Virus record (IMG/VR): IMGVR_UViG_3300027976_000013
From: an uncultured virus (IMG/VR IMGVR_UViG_3300027976_000013)
Taxonomy: Duplodnaviria; Heunggongvirae; Uroviricota; Caudoviricetes
Length of the DNA stretch: 64,000 nt
Direction: 5' to 3' (one strand)
This document shows, in pieces, positions 57,268 through 64,000 of the stretch. Every line of letters starts with the position of its first letter. The first letter of the stretch is position 1. The notes beneath the pieces are model-generated. The model saw only the letters and a program-made list of their open reading frames with translations, did not search any database and was not told the DNA's origin. The position numbers and the translations under genes were made by a program.

Positions 57268-57538
57268 TGAAATCGTCCCAATCTAAAATAGCGATCGTCC
57301 TACCGTCACCAAAGATGACTTTTACGATCGGCTTATATTGACCATCATTCCAAGCGTCCTTGCTGTGCTTTGCCCAAGAAGTAGCGCTCAAGGTGAAGGT
57401 TTTCTCATTATGCTTGTAGTCGATCAGCCACTCTTCATCAAGAAGAGCGTCCCCTTTCTTAAATCCACGGCCACTATTCGGAATAACCTTTGCCCCATCT
57501 TTCTTGGCAGATCTACGTTCTCTTTGATTCCAATCCAC
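57251..57538 (-). CDS. Small PD-(D/E)XK nuclease (archaeal-type resolvase-like)
   Basis: E...AK..GA....NSG.G..KGD......IDYK. Confidence 0.65.
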   Translation of the reverse strand: MDWNQRERRSAKKDGAKVIPNSGRGFKKGDALLDEEWLIDYKHNEKTFTLSATSWAKHSKDAWNDGQYKPIVKVIFGDGRTIAILDWDDFIELKR

Positions 57539-57540
57539 TG

Positions 57541-59508
57541 TTATTCGCTGCCCTCTGCGTCGCTGTCGAACGACAGTTCGGCCTGCTCAAGTTGAGATAA
57601 AATATTACTCATATCTCCCTCGGACAGCGCGCTAATGAGTTTGTCGGCTCCATGATAACTCTTTCCGTCCCATTCGAACCATGCACCCTTCTTCGTAATG
57701 ATCCCGTTCCTTACAGCAATATGAAAAGCCTCACGCTTCAAGTCAATCGTGGCACTCTCCGGGGAAAACCAGTAGTCACCCTTAGTGCCTTGAATAGACC
57801 TCTGCTTCGACTTGTCAATACGCCAAGTAACTTTGCGGCTAGTAATCCGCTCATCATCGTCACGATCGACATCGGCACTGGCATCTCCGGCATGAAGGCG
57901 GATAATATTAGTAGCCCAATGGTACGCAGCATTACCATACTTGCCTTGCGTCACAAAAAATTGACCCTTCGCTGCAATAGTTTGCTGCGCAATAAAAACT
58001 ACCACATGATTCACGCCAGAAATAAGTTGATCTGCAATCTTTTGGATAAGAACGCCCTGAGAGCGAGCGTAAATTCCAATACCGCCCATACCATCATCAT
58101 TCTTGTAAAACTGTTCCATCACGATAGTATTGATCGAATCAAAAACAAAGAAATACTTAGAGTCCTTTTCACGAAACATTGGCATAATAACATTCAGAAT
58201 ATCTTCAAGAATAGTCGAACGGATAACAATACGATCATCAATATCAATCCCGCACTGGACCATCCACTCGTCGGTAGCAGACCCTTCAGCGTCAATAACG
58301 ACAGTCGTATATCCAAGCTTCTGCGCCTCGGCGGCAGCATGGAAGGCCAGCGTGGTGTTATGCGTCACTACGTAGTCATTTGCTACAAAAAGCCCGTCCT
58401 CAGCCTCAACCCTGATACACGTCGCATGACCTCTTCCGTAGTAGTCAATACTCCTGATCGTCCTGCCAACAGGCTTGGCACTCCACCGGTCGGCCTTTCT
58501 TGGAAGCCTAAATGGATTCACAGGAAGCGTCACTGTCACTCTGTAGTGGTCGGCATTGGTTGTTTTCTTCATCCTGATCCCCGCTCCGGTATTTCCCGTA
58601 ACTCCTCCTAGCGATCGCACCAGTTCTACAACGTCAGTGATCAACTGGGGACTAGAGGAAGAGAACTCGCAGCGCCCACCTTTATCTACGTATCCATCTG
58701 TATCCATCAGCCCCCGTAGCATCTCCAAGCGATCATCTGGATCGGAGAACATATATTCAGCGGGAATCGACTTGTCTAATCCGTGGACGCTCCATAGATC
58801 CAAGCTCTCCAACTCGGTTAGCAGCCAGTTGTCTCTACCTCGTTCTGCAGATATTCTGTAGTCAAAGTCGCTCACCTTAGTAACGCGCAGGTCCTTAGTG
58901 TCTAGATTTTTAAGTATAAAGTCATCATCAGTTGAAAACCTTATCGATCCAGTTCTAAATGACCCATTTCCCAGAAGCACCCCTAATGTATAAGGGTCAA
59001 TTGGAAGATCGGCTAAGAAAGTTTTGGCAGGCTCTGCTATGGGGATGTGACACCAGTCGGTTTCAACTTGCACTCCATTACTTCTCTTCTGATATCCGAC
59101 TATATTCTTGAGCGAGTCAGTTCTCCACCAAGTTTTCCCTCCATGGACATCTTCCGATGTCCTAAATGTCCACAAATGCTCTTCGTCGCAAACTACCTTC
59201 GCCCCATCAGAAAACGTGACGGTGTATAGATCTCTAAAACCTTGGGGGAATACCCCGAGCACTCTTGTGGGGTTTCCATCGGAACCGATAACATAGTCTC
59301 CTACGACAAGGTCGGAAATCTCCTCCCAGCCAGTTGGCGTCAACACTTTTTCCCAACTCGCCAGCGCCTTTCCCGCTTGTGGATTTCCCCAGATTATATG
59401 GTAACGGCCAGACCACAAACCTCCACCAAGAATATAGTTCAACCCAAAGCTGGGTGTCTTTAGCGATTCGGCCTTAGGGAGCTTCTCCCCACCTTTGACT
59501 ACAAGCAT
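57541..59508 (-). CDS. recA: RecA/UvsX-like recombinase with intein (318 aa after splicing)
   Basis: TPS..LN..LGGGL..GR, G.P.AGK|TTLA, IDAE, FDSI, K.GAWF. Confidence 0.88.
   Translation of the reverse strand: MLVVKGGEKLPKAESLKTPSFGLNYILGGGLWSGRYHIIWGNPQAGKALASWEKVLTPTGWEEISDLVVGDYVIGSDGNPTRVLGVFPQGFRDLYTVTFSDGAKVVCDEEHLWTFRTSEDVHGGKTWWRTDSLKNIVGYQKRSNGVQVETDWCHIPIAEPAKTFLADLPIDPYTLGVLLGNGSFRTGSIRFSTDDDFILKNLDTKDLRVTKVSDFDYRISAERGRDNWLLTELESLDLWSVHGLDKSIPAEYMFSDPDDRLEMLRGLMDTDGYVDKGGRCEFSSSSPQLITDVVELVRSLGGVTGNTGAGIRMKKTTNADHYRVTVTLPVNPFRLPRKADRWSAKPVGRTIRSIDYYGRGHATCIRVEAEDGLFVANDYVVTHNTTLAFHAAAEAQKLGYTTVVIDAEGSATDEWMVQCGIDIDDRIVIRSTILEDILNVIMPMFREKDSKYFFVFDSINTIVMEQFYKNDDGMGGIGIYARSQGVLIQKIADQLISGVNHVVVFIAQQTIAAKGQFFVTQGKYGNAAYHWATNIIRLHAGDASADVDRDDDERITSRKVTWRIDKSKQRSIQGTKGDYWFSPESATIDLKREAFHIAVRNGIITKKGAWFEWDGKSYHGADKLISALSEGDMSNILSQLEQAELSFDSDAEGSE
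58357..59367 (-). mobile_element. Class 3 (Ala-start) intein with LAGLIDADG endonuclease (337 aa)
   Basis: AGK|ALASWE...CDEEHLW...ATCIRV...VVTHN|TT; LGVLLGNG, LRGLMDTDG. Confidence 0.9.
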
Positions 59509-62500
59509 ACTCTCTCTCTTTCATTTTCAACATCGATTTCATTCATTTTACACCACTTCTCAACTGAGACAACGCTTTTGAGGGATATTTGTTTATTCTT
59601 TCCGAGAGTAAGTTTTATCATCTTCCACTCGAAACTTTTACTAAGTTCAGCGTCGTTAGTCATAGTCCCTGAAGTGAATGATGTCGTTTTGAGCCATCCG
59701 TAATCAGGAACGTGAAAGTAGGACGACGACATAACCTTGCCGGTCCTTGTTTGGAACTTCACAGTATTGATAAGATATGCGAGTGCCAAAGTTTTACCAT
59801 TTGTGCTAACTCCTCGTTTGATTCCTATATCATACAGGAATTCGTACTCGTTCATATTCTCTCCATCAACTTGCTTACGCAAAAATTTAGAGAACTCAGT
59901 GTCACTTTTACCAGTCTCAATTTCATTAAAGTTCTCAATGTGGTGAATAGTTTGATCACCAACAATGGAAATCACGTAATCTCGCTTGCTGATCACAGCA
60001 TCGCTATTAGCAAATGAAGAAACGACACCGGTAGAGTCCTCTATCTCTGCTCGAAAATACTTAGGAGTCCTCTTGGTGTCCTTGACAACACCACGGACAA
60101 TGTAGAGGTTGATGTCCCCCTTGTCGTCCTGAGCATCGCTGCATGGCATGATAATAGAATCGAACGGAGACTTGTCATTCATTGTGACGTGATAGTTCAA
60201 TAGAGGGCCGAAGTAACGGCGTGATTCGTATGGAGAGTCGTAACCGATACTATTCAATGCCCCGACTTTCTGAAGCGCCTCCATATTATTGACTCTGACT
60301 TTAGACTTTTGTACCGTGTTGACGAAGTGATCGTAGTCGGAGAATGGGCGCTTTACCAAGATCTCCGAAACGGTTGATGCCCCGCAACCAGCAATGTTTG
60401 AGAGACCAAACATCAAAGCATCCCCCTCAAGAGAGAAGTTTGGCTCAGATTTGTTCACATCCGGGCCAAGAATCTCTATGCCGATACGTTGAGCCTCAAA
60501 GAGATAGGTAGAAATCTTTTCACCCTTATCTTCATTAGTCAAAGTCGCCCAAATGAATTCGGTTGGGTAGTTCACCTTAAGCCACATTGTCTGATACGAC
60601 ACGAGAGCGTACCCAGTGGAATGAGAGAGCCCGAACATGTAAGAGGAGGCCTTCTCAATGTCAGCCCATAGTGTCTTCGACTTGGCTACAGAGATGTGTT
60701 CGCTAGCGCCTTTTACGAAATCTTCTCTATACTTGTCAAACTCCGCTGGGTCCTTCTTCTTCGAAATAATCTTTCTAAGATTGTCTGCTTGAGACCAAGA
60801 GAATCCAGCAAGTTCGACAGCAATCTTCATCACTTGTTCTTCGAAGATGAAAGTTCCGTAAGTGTCTCCGAGGATTCCCTCCAGTATGGGGTGATCATAA
60901 GTGAAAGACTGAGTACCATTGCGGCGAGATATGAACTTCTTCCCCTGAGTCACATACGCCCCAGGACGAACAAGGGCATTCGAAACAACTAAGTCTCTGA
61001 AACTATTTATACCGATCTCGGTAATTAGAGACGCATATCCGGCACCCTCTGCCTGAAAAATGCCAACGACATTCCCTGCTGTAAATTCCTCAAAGACCTT
61101 CTTGTCGGGATTGTCAGTATCTATACTTAAGTCGAAAACGTCTAATCCGTGGCGCTCCTTTATCTTAGCCACGCAATCCTTGACGACAGTAATAGCACGA
61201 ACACCGAGGATATCAAGTTTGATCAATCCAAAGTCTCCAGTCTCGTCCTTGTCGTAGGCGACGACGTTGATCTTGCGCTTTGTGACTGCTTCTTGGCGGA
61301 CCTCAATCGGGACAATCGTATTCAAGGGAACGCTAGATACGATAACGCCAGCCGCATGGGCGGAAGCACTCTTGTATCTCCCAGAGAGCCTCTCTGCCAC
61401 TCTAATGATGTCAGGATTCTTCTTGCGGAACTTCTCAAGCGAATCTTTAGTTCTATACTCCTCAAAAGTCTCGAACAGTGGAGTGATAGCGTTTGCTTCA
61501 ACATAAGGGACCGAAAACGCTGATGCCACAGCCTTTATTGACCCCTTAGGTTGAAACGACCCATATGCGGAGATACCGGCAACATTTTCATGCCCCCACC
61601 TATTACGGAGATATTCCTTGACCTCATCACGACGACGATCCTCAAAATCTGTATCAATATCGGGATAGTCACTGCGCTCGGCGTTGATGAAGCGAAAAAA
61701 CAAAAGCCCATGCTTGACGGGATCAATGCTAGTAATGCCAAGGACGTAAGCGAGAAGAGACCCCCCAGCAGATCCGCGAGCAGGACCACGAGCGATATCG
61801 TTATCATCAGACCAAGTTACTAGATCCCAAAGGATAAGAAAGTAATCAGAAAAGTTCTTTCCAGAAATGACGCCAAGTTCTTCATTCAGTCGATCTACAT
61901 ATACTTGGTCTTTGTCAAGGCGCTTATTGGAGAGCATCATAAAAGAAACTTCCCTCAAGTAATCATTAGATGACATATCGACCTTTACGTCTTTCGTATA
62001 AGAGGGAAGGAGCATATTGTTCATCTTGATCTCAGAATTACATTTTTCAGCAATCTCCATAGTATTTTCAAGAATATCAAGGCGCGTAATTCCTACGTCA
62101 TTGAAGTGCTGCAAAACCTCTTTTGCGTCCATAAGGTACAAAGGCAAATCTTTAAATGAGAGGCGACGATCTGGATAAAGGATATCCATCTTCTTTATTA
62201 AATCATGAACCCCGCAAGCTTCATCATAATGATCTTTAGCGTGACGCTTCTGGCCAGCACTCATGGAAGAGTTCTGTCCAATCGCAAGAAGGACTTCCTC
62301 TACTCCCCAATCATCCTCAGTAGGAAAATGGCAATCCAAAGTCCCAACAATAGGAATGTTGTATGAGTCCCCATAGTCAATCAATTTGGAATTAAGTTCC
62401 GGGGGATTATGAGGTTGGACCTCAAGGTAGTAATCGTCAGCGAAGATTCCACGGAATCTCTCCAGAACAAACTCCGCTCGCTCCTCATCTCCAGACAGAA

Positions 62501-62936
62501 TAGCCTTCGATAGAGCGCTCCCCATACAGCCAGAAAGGCATATGAGACCCTCTCCGAATTGTTCAAGGTTAGAGAAGTCAATACGAGGCTTGTAGTAATG
62601 TTGTTCTGTCCAAGCCACGTTATTAAGGCGGAACAGATTTTCAAGACCCTTATCGTTTTTTGCGAGGAGGATCAGATGAGACCTTTCCTCTTTATTCTCC
62701 TCGTCCTCCCTGAATGCATTATCAACAAAATATGCCTCAACACCAAAGATGGGTTTCACCCCCTGCTGTTTGCAGGCCTTTTGGAATCGAATGAACCCTC
62801 CCATAGTGCCGTGATCGGTGATGGCCGAGGCAATTTGTCCATTAGTGCTGACAATACTTGCAATTTCCTCTGGAGTGCTCATCCCATCCAACAGCGAGTA
62901 TTCAGAATGATTATGAAGATGAACGAACTCAGCCAT
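59499..62936 (-). CDS. dnaE: DNA polymerase III alpha subunit
   Basis: FVHLHNHSEYSLLDG, AITDHG, RGSAGGS, RF.N.ER.DYPDIDTDF, HAAGV, KLDILG. Confidence 0.95.
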   Translation of the reverse strand: MAEFVHLHNHSEYSLLDGMSTPEEIASIVSTNGQIASAITDHGTMGGFIRFQKACKQQGVKPIFGVEAYFVDNAFREDEENKEERSHLILLAKNDKGLENLFRLNNVAWTEQHYYKPRIDFSNLEQFGEGLICLSGCMGSALSKAILSGDEERAEFVLERFRGIFADDYYLEVQPHNPPELNSKLIDYGDSYNIPIVGTLDCHFPTEDDWGVEEVLLAIGQNSSMSAGQKRHAKDHYDEACGVHDLIKKMDILYPDRRLSFKDLPLYLMDAKEVLQHFNDVGITRLDILENTMEIAEKCNSEIKMNNMLLPSYTKDVKVDMSSNDYLREVSFMMLSNKRLDKDQVYVDRLNEELGVISGKNFSDYFLILWDLVTWSDDNDIARGPARGSAGGSLLAYVLGITSIDPVKHGLLFFRFINAERSDYPDIDTDFEDRRRDEVKEYLRNRWGHENVAGISAYGSFQPKGSIKAVASAFSVPYVEANAITPLFETFEEYRTKDSLEKFRKKNPDIIRVAERLSGRYKSASAHAAGVIVSSVPLNTIVPIEVRQEAVTKRKINVVAYDKDETGDFGLIKLDILGVRAITVVKDCVAKIKERHGLDVFDLSIDTDNPDKKVFEEFTAGNVVGIFQAEGAGYASLITEIGINSFRDLVVSNALVRPGAYVTQGKKFISRRNGTQSFTYDHPILEGILGDTYGTFIFEEQVMKIAVELAGFSWSQADNLRKIISKKKDPAEFDKYREDFVKGASEHISVAKSKTLWADIEKASSYMFGLSHSTGYALVSYQTMWLKVNYPTEFIWATLTNEDKGEKISTYLFEAQRIGIEILGPDVNKSEPNFSLEGDALMFGLSNIAGCGASTVSEILVKRPFSDYDHFVNTVQKSKVRVNNMEALQKVGALNSIGYDSPYESRRYFGPLLNYHVTMNDKSPFDSIIMPCSDAQDDKGDINLYIVRGVVKDTKRTPKYFRAEIEDSTGVVSSFANSDAVISKRDYVISIVGDQTIHHIENFNEIETGKSDTEFSKFLRKQVDGENMNEYEFLYDIGIKRGVSTNGKTLALAYLINTVKFQTRTGKVMSSSYFHVPDYGWLKTTSFTSGTMTNDAELSKSFEWKMIKLTLGKNKQISLKSVVSVEKWCKMNEIDVENERERVCL

Positions 62937-62938
62937 AT

Positions 62939-63151
62939 CTACTCCTCATCTCTTGAGAAGAAAATTCCGACAGTATAGAGATCATACGTATCCCACATCG
63001 AGTCGATGTCAGCAATAATTGCCGTACCCATCTCCACATATCTCTCATGAGTATGAGGCTCAGTAGGGTTAGCCTTTTTCCAGATATCGAACTCATCATC
63101 AGAAAAAGATAACTCTGTCGCTTGTAACCTATGAACTCGTCCTACATGCAT
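62939..63151 (-). CDS. Small hypothetical protein
   Basis: 70-aa ORF between deaminase and dnaE. Confidence 0.5.
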   Translation of the reverse strand: MHVGRVHRLQATELSFSDDEFDIWKKANPTEPHTHERYVEMGTAIIADIDSMWDTYDLYTVGIFFSRDEE

Positions 63152-63630
63152 AATTTCTCCAAAAAGATGGGCGGGATATTGTCAATACTTACAACAACGA
63201 TATCCACTCCTCCCTCATAAAGAAGCTCGATGGCGTCCGTATGAGAGTAGAGCGTCGATGAGATCACTTTCTTGATCCCGGCGTTGATGAGAACCCTAGC
63301 ACAAAATATGCACGGAGTCGTCGTTAGGTAGATAGTAGCGCCATTTGTCCTCGCCCCGTTCATTGCCGCCGAAATGACTGCATTCTGTTCGGCGTGGATG
63401 GCCTTGCAGAGCCCCCATTGCCCCCCAGATGTCCTTGTAACGCATTCCGGGCCACAATGTGATGTACCCTTAGGCGAACCGTTATATCCCATAGAAATGA
63501 CCTGATTTGTCTCAGGATTTACGATTACCGCACCGACCTTGCGACTAGAACAAGTTGAGCGCTGAGCCGCCGCAATTGCTAAATTAAGAAAATAATCATT
63601 CCAACTTGGCCGAAAAACTAACTCGCTCAA
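63142..63630 (-). CDS. dCMP deaminase
   Basis: RP.W..YF, RSTC, VGAV, GYNG, HAEQNA, PC..C. Confidence 0.92.
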   Translation of the reverse strand: MSELVFRPSWNDYFLNLAIAAAQRSTCSSRKVGAVIVNPETNQVISMGYNGSPKGTSHCGPECVTRTSGGQWGLCKAIHAEQNAVISAAMNGARTNGATIYLTTTPCIFCARVLINAGIKKVISSTLYSHTDAIELLYEGGVDIVVVSIDNIPPIFLEKLCM

Positions 63631-63998
63631 GAAATCTTCTCAAGAATGAATGAAGGAATATTATGTCGTCTAGCCGCATCACTAAACCCGCTGTGATCTT
63701 CACCAAACAGAAAAATTAAATCAGGGTTCGTTTCCTCAATGAAATGAAAGCCAACTTCACTTAGAGTGATTCCTTCAGACCAATGCTCGATAAGCCATTC
63801 CCCATTAAATGAGAACTTCGAAACAGAATGACGCCAAGTTTTATCCACCCACTCTTCGGCAATGTCTGAGACATGCCCTCTCCCCGTATAAATTACATAC
63901 AGCTTATCTTTTTGGGATGCGTATAGACCGTTCAGGAAAGTCTCTACAGCAATCTTGTTAATCTGCACAATATCTGACCCAGCTATAATTACTCTCAT
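63627..63998 (-). CDS. YspA/SLOG-like small alpha/beta protein
   Basis: MRVIIAGS ... PD....F ... A....IP pattern; at window edge. Confidence 0.45.
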   Translation of the reverse strand: MRVIIAGSDIVQINKIAVETFLNGLYASQKDKLYVIYTGRGHVSDIAEEWVDKTWRHSVSKFSFNGEWLIEHWSEGITLSEVGFHFIEETNPDLIFLFGEDHSGFSDAARRHNIPSFILEKIS

Positions 63999-64000
63999 GG

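Noticed and set aside
57652..58611. 319-aa plus-strand ORF and similar antisense ORFs (e.g. 245-925, 24818-25402, 29276-29821, 49569-50138)
   Set aside because: Shadow frames opposite well-supported genes, with no RBS or recognisable motifs

Overview
This 64 kb window is part of a large tailed dsDNA phage genome. Its host is most likely in Actinomycetota, based on WhiB, an Rpf-type transglycosylase, an actinobacterial-type ferredoxin and many leaderless TGN-TANNNT-N6-ATG promoters. The left arm (minus strand) encodes a collagen-like fibre, portal, class II ribonucleotide reductase with an intein, a glycosyltransferase/amino-sugar cluster with an embedded atypical tRNA-Arg(UCU), an amidase, ThyX and peptide deformylase. 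The 18-27 kb block (plus strand) encodes a C5 DNA methyltransferase, a TGA-interrupted PAPS-reductase-like/HNH gene, ferredoxin and an IscA/ErpA Fe-S carrier. The 33-45 kb block is an AT-rich run of small minus-strand genes. The 46-64 kb block encodes Rpf, WhiB, a large terminase with three inteins, RuvC-like and Cas4-like nucleases, HNH endonucleases, RecA with a class 3 intein, DnaE and dCMP deaminase. The most unusual part is 26.75-30.65 kb. It begins with an AT-rich stretch and a phased array of 11 same-orientation DnaA boxes at about 20-21 bp spacing. Repeated modules follow: inverted DnaA-box pair, conserved 70-nt element, promoter, single small gene, repeated hairpin. These modules carry three copies of one 90-aa basic protein, and a 31-nt segment elsewhere in the locus is perfectly antisense to the 3' UTR of two copies. 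This is the best candidate for an undescribed system (a phage DnaA-titration, origin or entry-control locus). All calls come from reading motifs by eye; no database searches were run.
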